DNA from: Mobula hypostoma
Lineage: Eukaryota
Assembly (NCBI RefSeq): GCF_963921235.1
Contig: NC_086097.1
Coordinates: 60,824,001 to 60,888,000 of the forward strand
DNA: 64,000 nucleotides
Direction of reading: 5' to 3'
Both the position numbers and the translations under genes were made by a program. Position 1 is the first letter of the stretch. Every line of letters starts with the position of its first letter. Below are positions 50,806 through 63,148 of this stretch, in pieces. The notes under the pieces were generated by a model. The model saw nothing but the letters and a program-made list of their open reading frames with translations, was not told the origin of the DNA and made no database searches.

Positions 50806-52627
50806 AATACTCAGATATATAAAGACAAATGTAGGTCCTCTGCAGACAGAAACAGGTGAATTGATTATGGGGAGCAAGGACATGGCAGACCAATTGAATA
50901 ATTACTTTGGTTCTGTCTTCACTAAGGAGGACATAAATAATCTTCCAGAAATAGTAAGGGACAGAGGGTCCAGTGAGATGGAGGAACTGAGTGAAATACA
51001 TGTTAGTAGGGAAGTGGTGTTAGGTAAATTGAAGGGATTGAAGGCAGATAAATCCCCAGGGCCAGATGGTCTGCATCCTAGAGTGCTTAAGGAAGTAGCC
51101 CAAGAAATAGTGGATGCATTAGTGATAATTTTTCAAAACTCGTTAGATTCTGGACTAGATCCTGAGGATTGGAGGGTGGCTAATGTAACCCCAATTTTTA
51201 AAAAAGGAGGGAGAGAGAAACCGGGGAATTATAGACCGGTTAGCCTAACGTCGGTGGTGGGGAAACTGCTGGAGTCAGTTATCAAGGATGTGATAACAGC
51301 ACATTTGGAAAGCAGAGAAATGATCGGACAAAGTCAGCATGGATTTGTGAAAGGAAAATCATGTCTGACGAATCTCATAGAATTTTTTGAGGATGTAACT
51401 AGTAGAGTGGATAGGGGAGAACCAGTGGATGTGGTATATTTGGATTTTCAAAAGGCTTTTGACAAGGTCCCACAGAGGAGATTAGTGTGCAAACTTAAAG
51501 CACATGGTATTAGGGGTAAGGTATTGGTGTGGGTGGAGAATTGGTTAGCAGACAGGAAGCAAAGAGTGGGAATAAACGGGACCTTTTCAGAATGGCAGGC
51601 GGTGACTAGTGGGGTACCGCAAGGCTCAGTGCTGGGACCCCAGTTGTTTACAATATATATTAATGACTTGGATGAGGGAATTAAATGCAGCATCTCCAAG
51701 TTTGCGGATGACAGGAAGCTTGGCGGCAGTGTTAGCAGTGAGGAGGATGCAGGGTGACTTGGATAGGTTGGGTGAGTGGGCAAACTCATGGCAGATGCAA
51801 TTTAATGTGGATAAATGTGAAGTTATCCACTTTGGTGGCAAAAATAGGAAAACAGATTATTATCTGAATGGTGGCCGATTAGGAAAAGGGGAGGTGCAAC
51901 GAGACCTGGGTGTCATTATACACCAGTCATTGAAAGTGGGCATGCAGGTACAGCAGGCGGTGAAAAAGGCGAATGGTATGCTGGCATTTATAGCGAGAGG
52001 ATTCGAGTACAGGAGCAGGGAGGTACTACTGCAGTTGTACAAGGCCTTGGTGAGACCACACCTGGAGTATTGTGTGCAGTTTTGGTCCCCTAATCTGAGG
52101 AAAGACATCTTTGCCATAGAGGGAGTACAAAGAAGGTTCACTAGATTGATTCCTGGGATGGCAGGACTTTCATATGAAGAAAGACTGGATGAACTGGGCT
52201 TGTACTCGTTGGAATTTAGAAGATTGAGGGGGGATCTGATTGAAACGTATAAGATCCTAAAGGGATTGGACAGGCTAGATGCAGGAAGGTTGTTCCCGAT
52301 GTTGGGGAAGTCCAGAACGAGGGGTCACAGTTTGAGGATAGAGGGGAAGCCTTTTAGGACCGAGATTAGGAAAAACTTCTTCACACAGAGAGTGGTGAAT
52401 CTGTGGAATTCTCTGCCACAACAAACTATTGAGGCCAGTTCATTGGCTATGTTTAAGAGGGAGTTAGATATGGCCCTTGTGGCTACAGGGGTCAGGGGGT
52501 ATGGAGGGAAGGCTGGGGCAGGGTTCTGAGTTGGATGATCAGCCATGATCATAATAAATGGCGGTGCAGGCTCGAAGGGCCGAATGGCCTACTCCTGCAC
52601 CTATTTTCTATGTTTCTATGTTTCTAT
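50806..52627 (+). mobile_element. Young CR1, 5'-truncated; RT split by one frameshift near 51750
   Basis: ORFs 50861-51757 and 51609-52529 together give a continuous RT and C-terminus; (GTTTCTAT)n tail. Confidence 0.97.
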
Positions 52628-53999
52628 CTCTTAAAACTAAACCTTATGACTGTCACACCATTTCCTTTACCAACTTTTCAACCAAAATAGAAACCTCATT
52701 TGCTTATTATTTTTTTCCTGTTGCAATCTTTTTGTCCTATGTTCCTTTACAAAATGTGTGTGTCAGTCTCACATTTACTTTCCCATCTATCTTACATTAT
52801 TAGCAAATTTAAAGATTTTTTGCAGAATTGAGAAATCACCCTGTTTCTTCACCGTAGGCATTGCTATACATTTCCTGTTGAGAGCTTCTGTGACCACACA
52901 AAAAGCAAAAATAATCTCTAAATGAACAATGTTGTGGATGTCTTCTGCTCCAGCTTAGAAAGAGTTAAAAGCCTAAATGTTAAGACAGCTATGATCCTTG
53001 TTTTAGCCCTTTTACAAAGCAGAGGTTGAAGCCTAATTGAGTGGCAACTTTCTTACTAAGCTCATGTCACCACACAGTCTGCACTTTGCTAAAGTAGATG
53101 TAAGAGAATTCCTTCCAGAAGTCCACTGGTAAATGGCATCTTCTGCTAAGAAGCTTGTTTCCCACTCTTTTGCTGTTGCCCTGATCTGCATCCCCTGTCT
53201 TCATATTCCCTAATTGTAGTCCTACTGGAAAGCAATGATACAGTAAAAGAAGTATCTACTGTATGTCTGGGAGCAATTGGGTTTGGTAGAAACCTTCAAA
53301 ATAATTTTTTGCTTCCTCCATACTGCCCCCTGAAGACTGCATCGACAACTTCATTCTCCAAACGGAATGCAGTAGAAGTCACTGAGCAATTAACTGATGT
53401 TTTTTCTAAAGAGCATAGGTTGATGGAGATGTTTTTCCTGCTGCTAAACACTGAGTTTCTCTGCAAGTTGAGTCTCCCTGCTAGCTGTCGTGGTGGGACT
53501 CAATTCACAGTTTTGGTATTAAATCACAACATGCACACCCACTGGTGTTACAATCTATCTAGTCTCATTTTCAAGATTATTGTACTTGCCAGAATCTTCC
53601 CAATGTATTGACTAGAAAGATTTGCACTGATTTGGAATCAAATCAGGGCTAGTGTTGTTCAAAAAAAGGAGCAAAATTTTGTGCCGTTGAGTATCTTGTG
53701 AAATTGTTTAAAATGTAATAAAATCGCAACTTGCTTAATTTGTGGTCTGATTAGTCAAGTAATTTGTCCAATGTTCCCATTTCAAATGAGAAAATATTAA
53801 TTCTATATGCACCAATTGATGGGGAAGAGAGTATTGTGATTATTTTTCCATTTTTCATTCCGCTAATACCTTAAAACCCTTACTTTGCACAACATATCAT
53901 CAGAACCGAAAACCTTTGAAGTACATAAAGTCATGTAAAGGGATTCATCAAAAAATCTCCTACAGAAGAAAGGAGAAAATATCAAACAACAGGTTAAAG

Positions 54000-54225
54000 A
54001 GTAACATACACAAAATACAAGAGCAACTCAGCATGTCAGGCAGCATCAATGGAAAGAAATAAAGAGATGATGTTTCGCATCCCGACCCTTCATTAAGACT
54101 GGAAAGAAAGGGGGAAGAAGGCAGAATAAGAAAGTGGGGTGGGGGAGAAGGGGGAGAGGGAGGAGTGCAAGCTTGAAGGCGATAGGTGAAGCCATGTGAG
54201 GGGGAAGTTAGGAAGGGAGGCAGAT
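54000..54225 (-). mobile_element. Old Penelope UTR plus pLTR
   Basis: Purine-rich UTR complement and degenerate CAGTC-TTAATGA-AGGG..GAAACATC. Confidence 0.7.
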
Positions 54226-54345
54226 TCCATTCATTCAAATTATTTGACAATGATTGCTCTGTTCAGAACCCTAAGAACCTTATATGCTTCAACAAAATCC
54301 CTTCTCTTTCTTCAGGAGAATATAAACCTCATCTGCTTAATCAAC

Positions 54346-54939
54346 GAGGAGAGAGAAGCAGCGCGTTGCGCGTGCAGCCCTCCGGTGAAAAATGATACTT
54401 GTATCCATTAAATAGGGGCTGTGGACAATTCTGATTTGATGGAGATGGACATGAAAGCACAGAGGAACATCTGGAAAAATTTCTGAAACGCTTGTTTGCT
54501 CTTTCGGAGCAAAGGCCTCAAAATTCCCGGCTTTGCTAGCTGTTGGTGATCGAGGTGGAGGTCGAATCGTTCAGATAGAGATGGCGCTCAGTACTCGGTG
54601 TCAGAGAGCTGATCAGAGCTCGAAGTTTTCGGATGACTCAAAGTCGGACCGTGGTCGGGTATGGCAGGGAGAGTTTTTCTTCCTTCTCCCGTCTGCGTGA
54701 GATGTGGGACATTTGAGAGACTTTGAACTCTTACTGTACTCATGGACTTCTTCATCAAGTTATGATATTGTTGCACTGTTGTAACTATATGTTATAATTA
54801 TGTGGTTTTGTGAGTTTTTTTCAGTCTTGGTCTGTCCTGTGTTTTGTGATATCACACCGGAGGAAATATTGTATCATTTCTTAATGCATGCATTACTAAA
54901 TGACAATAAAAGAGGACTGTGTGTCTTCATAATCTAATC
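54346..54939 (+). mobile_element. Non-coding retroposon with GC-rich head and (TAATC)n tail, nested in old CR1
   Basis: Tail homologous to 45750-45990 (TGCACTGTTGTAACTATATG..TTGTATCATTTCTTAATGCATGCAT..AATAAA..GAGGAC hairpin). Confidence 0.75.
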
Positions 54940-55854
54940 CCTCCTCACCCCAGGAATCAATCTGGTGACTCTTCAATGCATTCCCTGATCAGAAGTACAC
55001 TCTATATGCAGTGATATATATATCTTTAGGAAATTTTAGGATTTTAGGATACAGTATCCAAGATCCTTTGAGCAACAGCTCTCTGTCTATACCCTACCAT
55101 TAAAAAATTACTTCCTTTGTTTGATATTTTCTTCCAAAGCAGATTTTGTATTGTGTTGGTATTCAGAGTACCTCACATTGGGGGTATGCAGTACAAGGGT
55201 GTACTTACATCCTGTGTAGTGAAAGAATATAATCACAGTGAAGAAAAATTTTCTGCTTTAATAGCATTCCGAAATAAATCACGGGCATTCATTTAGGTGA
55301 TTGCTGGTACATTTCCAGTGGATTGATGGTTCTCTACGTGTGTATACAACATTGCAGTTCTGAGCAGTCAAAGACAGCAATCTTGAACAATGCCAGGCTG
55401 CAGTGCCTGGGTACATGGATGCAATATTTGCATTGTTCCACTTTTAAAGTACTTTATTCTTTGAACAGAGAAAATCTATCAAGAGGGCAAGTATTGTTTC
55501 TCAGTAATTATCTCCATGAGGGTAGTGGCGGGTGATGACGCTCTGATTCGGAGCAAATGAAAATAACGTCAGATCTCCATTGTCAGAAATACCAGACAGA
55601 GCCATTTTGAATTACCCCATTAAAACAAGAAACTGTTGAAAGCTGAGGATAACAACAAAGGTTTACGTTTGAAAGGGAAAGTGCAAAGTAAAGAGCAAAG
55701 GAAATAAATGGATCATATTCAAAGAGCTGTCAAAGTTATGATCAGCTGCATTGTGCGTTCTACCCCAGGACTAAAGCTGTGTTAGTGTTCAATGGACTTG
55801 ATTGGCATAACTTGGAGTTGAAATAAAGACTGTTTATCGGCAGAGTTCCACACA

Positions 55855-56064
55855 AGAAGAAAGCCCTTAACTCCGAGTGGAGTCATCAGGACGCCGTCAT
55901 GACGGCGTTTTTTTAGCAAGCTTTCTTATTTTTATGAGGCTCAGTTGCTAGCTCGACGCTCAACCCAGCACGGATGGAAAGCGTGCAAGGGAGCCGGCTG
56001 GATTTGAACTCGGGAGCCTTGCTCCGAAGTCCGGCGCTGATGCCACTACACTACCAGCCCGGCT
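55855..56064 (-). mobile_element. Young full-length tRNA-derived SINE with RTE-like middle block
   Basis: A box GGTAGTGTAGTGG, B box GAGTTCAAATCC; 13-bp TSD AGAGTTCCACACA (55842-55854, 56065-56077); CpG-rich. Confidence 0.9.
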
Positions 56065-56646
56065 AGAGTTCCACACAGATGCCCCAAATTGCCAGGAATT
56101 TGCTGCAAACTTTTTACACAGTAAAATACTGTGCAATATTGAGGAATGGTTAAATGGTAGAAAGTGAAGTGTCATTTTCAGGTTGGAAGGTCCTGACCAG
56201 TGATGTGCCACAGAGATCAGTGGCGGGCTTCCAGCTGAGCACAACCTTGATCAGAAATTTGGGCATGGGAACCAAGTGTTCCTTCTCCTTGATGTATATA
56301 TATATATATCCAGTTCTTTCAGATTTGACCTACTTGCTGTATCTTTTCCAGCAGTGAATTTCCAGACAGTGAGTACTTGATGCATCAGAATTATTTTCTC
56401 CTATCATCTTTACATCTTTAATCAAACAATTGAATTCTATGCCTCCTTGTTCTTGAACCTACTGCAATGGAAATAATTTCTCCTTGATCCAGACTGTTGC
56501 TTAGAGAGAAGCATGCCCAGGGATTGAAAAATGGCTGCCCTTTGGGGTGGAGTGTATGAAAGAAAATGGCCTTAATGTGACAGATTTAACTTATGCCTGT
56601 TCATCCTGTGTTAAACATATCTGTAAAATGCTATTGGGAGGCAGAG

Positions 56647-57487
56647 GACATAAGACCACATAAGGCATAGAAACAGAATTAGGCTATTCAGCCTATTCAG
56701 TCTGCTCCGCCATTTCATCTTGGCTGATCCCAGATCCCACTCAGCACCATGCACCTGCTATATCCTTTGATTCCCTGACTGATCAGGAAATTATCAACTT
56801 CTGCCTTAAATATCCCCACTGACTAGACATCCACCGCAGTCTTTGGCAGAGCAGTCCACAGATTTACTACTCTCTGGCTAAAAATAAAAATCCTCCTTAC
56901 TTCTGTTCTAAAGGGTTACCTCTCAATTTTGAGGCTATGCTCTCTAGTTCTGGATATCTCCACAATAGGAAACATCCTCTCCACATCCACCCTATCTAGT
57001 CTTTTCAACATTTGGTAGGTTTCAATGAGATGCCCTGCATTTTTATAAATTCTAGTGAGTACCGGCCTGAAGCTGCCAAACGCTCTTCATATGTTAACCC
57101 CTTCATTCCTGGAATCATCCTCGTGAACCTCATCTGGGTTCTGTCCAATGACATCCTCTCACATCCTTTCTAAGATATGGGGCCAAAAACTTACTCCAAG
57201 TATGACCTGACTAGTGTCTTATAAAGGATCAGCATTATCTTGTTGCTTTTATATTCTATTCCCCTTGAAATAAATGGCAACATTGCATTTGCCTTCTTTA
57301 CCACAGAATCAACCTGTGAATTAGCCTTCTGAGAGTCTTGCACAAGGACTCCTAAGTCCCTCTGCACCTCTGAGGTTTGAACCTTCTCCCCATTTAGATA
57401 ATAGTCTGCATTATTGTTCCTTTTACCAAAATGCATTATCATACCTTTCCCAACACAGTATTCCATCTGCCACTGTTTTGCCCATAA
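56647..57487 (-). mobile_element. CR1 3' fragment
   Basis: WAKQWQMEY..VQRDLGVLVQ..LYKTLVRSYLE and 3' UTR. Confidence 0.93.
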
Positions 57488-57605
57488 GTCTCTGTCATTT
57501 TCTGCTTGAACTTTCTGAACACTTCTATCTAAGAATAATATAGGCTTTTTCAAACTATTCTTGCCCCTTGTTCCAGAGACAGTCTATTAAATTGTTTTGC
57601 TAGCG

Positions 57606-57685
57606 CTGGGGTTCGCAACCTGGAGTCCATGGAACGCTTGCTTAATGGTATTGCTCCATGGCATAAATAAGGTTGGGATCCCCTG
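57606..57685. mobile_element. hAT/Charlie-type MITE (80 bp)
   Basis: TIRs CTGGGGTTCGCAACCT / AGGTTGGGATCCCCTG; flanks TGCTAGCG / TTCTAGAA resemble the NTCTAGAN Charlie target. Confidence 0.7.
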
Positions 57686-57774
57686 TTCTAGAACATGCAC
57701 ATTGTTATTAACTGAAACTGGTTGCCATAGCCTAGCTGAGACTAAAGCGGTGCTTTATATTAATTTAAAATATA

Positions 57775-58145
57775 CAAATTCCTGGATGAAATGAGCAAGT
57801 CATGCAGCATCTGTGGTTGGGAATAAACAGCTACGCTTTGAACTGAGACTCTTCATCAGGACTGGAAAGGAAGGGGCAGAATGCTGGAATAGGAAGGCAG
57901 AAAAGAGGACCGAGTGCAAATTGGCAAAAGGTAGGTGAGACCAGGCGAGGGGGAAATGGGTGATTTGGGTAGCGTCCAACCTGATAGCTTGAATATCAAT
58001 ATCACTAACTTACAGTAATCTCAAGCCCTCCCTCCTTCTCTCTTCCTTTCCATTGCTCACTCTATTTATTCCCTCATGCCTCCTCTCTTCCTCACATGCC
58101 TATATCACCTCCTCTGGTTCTCTTTACCTCCCACATTATCCCACA
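57775..58145. mobile_element. Penelope relic: inverted pLTR/UTR (-) joined to GIY-YIG C-terminus/UTR (+)
   Basis: - strand CAGTC-CTGATGA-AGAG..; + strand LGSVQPDSLNINI. Confidence 0.7.
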
Positions 58146-59994
58146 TTAAGTTGTTGGTGCTGGTTTTAATTTTATAAATTAAAGCAAATGAGCTTCTACT
58201 GCTTTTAGCAAATTGACTGAAGTTGAGGATAAAATAGGCTTATGGTAAATGAGTCAGTGACTCACTGAGGCCCAGTTCCAGCTGCTATTAATATTTCACA
58301 AACCCCACACCTCCCCACACAACACAACAGTATTCCTGTTTCTAAAACTGTGCCATATAGAAATACATCTCCAGTCACCAGCCTGGTTTTATTGAGATTT
58401 TAGAATCGAAATGGAGTACTGTGGTTCTGCTGTCATATATTGCAGGTTTAATACCTAGAAGACAAGAGCAAATTTCATCTCTACCCAATTCCCCCCTCCC
58501 CACTGAAAATCTTATTGCTAATTCATTATTCTTCTGCGATTTTATAGTTTTATATAAACACAGATTTCTTTTACGTTAATTATATCTGAACAGCGAGGTT
58601 ATTTTCCTAATGCAATCTTCTAAAATGTCAGTAAATTTTAAAAATGGGTAGAGGTGGGTTGGATCTGAATTAAAACCATTCAGTGCTCGATGAGTGCATA
58701 GATATGTTCAGTTTGATCATCGGAGCATAAACAATCATTAAATGGAGGGTGAAAAAACAAAAAAATTCTCTAGTGTTTTACATTGCAAAGGATAATTGCT
58801 GGCTGTGTCCAGCTGAACATCTACTGGCTGGCAGGTAAACAGTACCATCAACTATATATTAAATAAAATATCAAAAATATTGTTAACTCAAACCAAAAGA
58901 GTGCATGTTGGCTGCACAGTGGTAAATTTCAATTGTGCTGAAATCAATGAATTGTGAAAACAACAATGCAGGGATAGAGAAAGAAGAATAAAACACAATG
59001 GGTGAAAGGGAGCGAAAGAAAGGTTAAATTTATTTATTGATTTAAAAAAAAATTCCACTGTAGTTTCTGATTTTTTTTTCAGAACCAGTAGCTAATACCT
59101 GACTGTACATTTTGCTAGCAGTGTGATGCCAGCTTGCTGGGTCAAATTCAGTGAGCAATTAGATGTCGACCATATTTTCAGATATTGTTATAATATTAAA
59201 ACAAACGTATTAAAGATGCCAAATTTTGTTCCCCATAGTACAGTAGTAAATCAGCTGGATTGTTACAACAATCTGATTGCTTCATATTTACCATGACTGA
59301 TGCTGCTTTTTCAGCATTCATTTGATTAACTGAAATTCAATTCTCATACGGCCCTATTAGAGTTTGAACTGTCATTTCTCAATCATTTGTGCAATTTCGG
59401 CATGCTCTGTTCAGTAATAAATCCACAAAGCTACGGGTCCTCGGTGCAGTTTATTATGGTTTGTTATCGACCCAAGTCCCCTTCCTACAACATGCCTATT
59501 GAGCTCCAGTTCTGCACCTGGTGCAGATAATTTTATAAAATTATACATAAATTTTTCTTGTTCTTTTGTGAGCTAGCAATAGAGACAATTTCTGTTTACA
59601 TTCTACCATTTTTATCTACTTACATTTTTCAAAAAATTTGAATGATGAAATATTATTGCAGATTCAATGAAATTTTCTTGTTATAAGATGTACAGCTTTA
59701 TCTTTTATACTTATTTTAAAGGGTCTGTTTGTTTTTATGCACTCAGTTGAGATTATTTTTGGGCTTTCTGTTGTCTACCTTTAATTTGTCAACCTGCTTT
59801 GCCAAGATCAGGCTCAACTCAGAATAAGACATAGACCTCCTCAGAGATTAGTCCTTTTAAAATAACAAACTTTCAGTATCTGAAAAATAATCAATAAATT
59901 TATCCTTTCCTTTCTCTCTCTTTCACCCAGTATATATAGATTATTGTTGGGTTGATGACAAATATATGACCTATAAAAATATTAAGAAATTGAA

Positions 59995-60262
59995 CCACAG
60001 TAGCGTAGCGGTTGGCACAACACTAGTACACCTCAGAGTTTTCTCCCTGCATATGGAGTTTGTACGTTCTCCCTATGAAGCATGTGGATTTCCTTCAGAC
60101 GTTCCAGTTTCCTCTTACAGTCTAAAGATGTACCGGTAAGCAGGTTAATTGTTCATTGTAAATTGTCCTGTGATTAGGCTAAGGTTGAATAGGTGGGATT
60201 CTGGGAAGTGTGGCTCCCTGGACAGGAACAGTCTGTTCCACACTGTAACTCTGAATAAATAT
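59995..60262 (+). mobile_element. V-SINE with internal head deletion
   Basis: A box GTAGCGTAGCGG; V-core ATGGAGTTTGTACGTTCTCCCT..; AATAAAT tail. Confidence 0.85.
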
Positions 60263-62327
60263 ATAAATGTAGAAAGCTGCCTGACAAGTTAGATTTAGTG
60301 CACCAATTGATAGATAATCTGCTATACGTAGACTGTTATAGACAAGAGAAATGCCTCAATACCTTTATTGATGACAGTTTTTAACAGCTAGTGCTGATGT
60401 AAACATTTTCATCATAGAGCCCTAACACAAAATAACATCCAGTTCAAAGTTAATTCAATATGCCCAGCAAATGTTCTTATTTCTCTGTATTTTTACAACA
60501 AAACTTGTGATGGTGGATTGATATAAGGAGAGACTCTTCATCTTCATATCTTCGGAAACAGCTCAATAGATTTTCTGAAATAGTCCTCTGGTTATTTCAA
60601 AGTAGCAAATCTGTTAGGACCTACAGAGTGCAAGTAGGCCGAGGATGCAGTTTTGCTGTGTTTTATATTGCTGTAGTGATTTGTCCACTTCAATATTGTT
60701 GTATGTGTAAAACCAAAAAGAAGTAAATGAATTAAAAGAAGTAAAATGAGAATTTCAGGAGAGCTGCCTTTAATACCATTATATATTAAGTGAAAATGAT
60801 AACAGAGTTGAAGAATATTAAAATGGAAATTGGTAATGATGAACTGAAGTGAAAACAGAATTTATACTTACAGTATATAACTGTTAATTATCATGAACAT
60901 TACAAAACATTAAATGAAAGTGCAAAGATATAAAACATAGTTTTTAAGTGCAGTAAAGAAGTTAATTAAGAAATAGACAGTTGGACACTGAAGCTGGCTA
61001 ATGTTAATTTCTCAATCCACATCATTATAATGTTTTTTGGGACATTATCATCTAGATACTTGTGGGAACATTTTGTACAAAAATTGACAGAATTTCTTTG
61101 TATATTGCAACCAGCACTATCATTCAACATGTGCATAATTATTTGTAAACTAATTATCAACAAAATAGTGCAGATTCTGGATATGAAGTGAAAAGAGAAA
61201 ATTTTAGAACACCCAGACAGCATCTATATAATGAAAAGTTCTGGCAAAGGGATTTTAGCCTGAAATATTAATTCCGTTTCTCTTTCCACAGACGATATCT
61301 CTGCTGCTGTGTGTTTCCAGCATTTTCGATTTCATGTCATCTCTAAAGTCGTGTGGGATGACCCAAATCCATGAAAGGTGCCGAATAACTGGAAGACTTT
61401 TTCATTGCTGGCACCTGCATCCAAATCCTATCCAGACTTGTGGGGTAAAATCTCCCCTGGCTTTCATGAGCTCAGGAAACTCAAACATATTCCTGCAGTA
61501 TTCAATTTATCTTCACTGTGCATTGATCAGCATTCACATTAAAAGAGACAACAGACTTCTGGCACTCTAATGCATCTGTGATTACTCACCTGCAGTGCAA
61601 ACTGATGTCACAATCTGTTGCGTTTACAGAGGTTTCCCAAAGTCTATTTTATCTTATTTTCCACCAGCTCAGAGGAGCAGGCAGAGCAGACCACTGCAAA
61701 TTTAATAAAGTACAGATATTTGTTCATGGTATTCATGCCTTTACAACATCCACCCTCAAAATACCTGCCAGGATTGCCTGTCTATAACCCTGAAGAATCT
61801 CTTTGACTTCTATGGATAAAGAGCAAACTCTCACTGACCACTGTCCTTCAACAGATTGTCTAAGTTCCTCTTCCTCTGATCTCTTGAGAGCTCTCCTGTA
61901 CCCTCTTTCATCGCAACACCTATTTACTCTGTAGCAGCATTCCATAGTGGGTTAATGAATGTTGCATACATAGAGGTCTGCCCCTTTTAAATCTCCCTGC
62001 CAAGAATGCACCTGCTGGACTACATGCTGAGAACTGCAAGAACTGGCAACATATTGACGAGAAACGAATGCTGTGCTGAAATTATTATCAGTTTCAGCTC
62101 GATGATACATAAGGAAGCACAACAATGAACCTCACAACCATGGTTCTCTTTTATAATGTAAATTTCACAAAGAAGAAAATGGCTTGGAGAAATTTCTAGG
62201 GTAATTTCTAGGTCTTAAAAGCAGAAAGGATGCCACACAACAGTAGTAAAATCTCACATTATGATAATCATATTTTATTAAAAGGTGGACCAAAAGTATA
62301 AAATTTAAATACATTAATTAAGTTGCT

Positions 62328-63148
62328 GTGTACATACATCTACTGATGCCTCTGGACACACCTTCAGTGATGTTCCTGGAATCATCGGGTGTTTCGGGTC
62401 TTTCAACATCATACACCCTTCTCCAGGTGACCCAGCCGGGGCTGATCAGACCCCAGCTTGTGTCCCGATGGCTAGCTACTTATGGTTCCCCTCTTTTGAG
62501 CCACAGCCATCTTGAGGCCCTCTCTGCCGCATCGGTGGTACTGCTGATGGCTCTCCTCTTTCTCTCTCCCTTGATGCCCAAATTGCTAAAGGCTCTGACT
62601 AAAGAATGGGCTACGAATTCCCTACATCCAACCTCCACTGGGAGACACCTCGCTCTCCATCCAGCCTGCTGACAGTTGCTGACCAGTCCTGTGTACTTGG
62701 AGAGCTTCTTTTCAAAGGACTCTTCCAAGCGATCTTCCCATGGGACTGTCAGCTCCAGCAGCACCACTTAGTAGATTCAGACACAAGGACAATGTCTGGT
62801 CACAGGGTGGTGGCTGCGATATGGTTGGGGAACTTCAGCTGCCATTCGAGGTCCACCAACAGCTGCTAGTCCCTTGCAGAGGTCAGGATGCCTGCAGACG
62901 TTCTTTTGGCGGGTATTGGCTGCTCCCCAGCTCTGACAAAGGCAATGGTCTGCTTAGAGGGTCGGGACCGCTTCGCCCACTTAACTCCTGCGCTGATGGC
63001 TTCAGTGATGGTCTTCAGGACCTGATCATGCCTCCATCGGTACCGTACCTCACCAAGTGCCCTTGCGCAGCCGCTGAGGATGTGCTCCAGGGTTCCTCGC
63101 TTGGAGCACAGTGGGCACGCAGATGACTCTGACTTGCCCCATGTGTGC
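62328..63148 (-). mobile_element. HERO-type (R2 superclade) non-LTR retrotransposon 3' end: CCHC knuckle plus restriction-like endonuclease
   Basis: CPLCSKRGTLEHILSGC..YRWRHDQVL..PDIVLVS..LLELTVPWE..KLSKY..PVEVGCR..AAERASRWLWLKR; internal stops. Confidence 0.9.

Noticed and set aside
55867..55889. Hammerhead-like CTGATGA-CTCC-ACTC-GGAG in the SINE tail (- strand)
   Set aside because: Followed by TTAA rather than GAAA, so the catalytic core is incomplete
55990..56064. tRNA gene (TCG anticodon-like loop)
   Set aside because: It is the head of a TSD-flanked SINE and has no convincing acceptor stem
61590..61693. - strand exon with strong splice sites (tttgcag| ... CAG|gtgagt)
   Set aside because: Stops in all three frames; it could be a UTR or lncRNA exon, but that cannot be supported without transcript data
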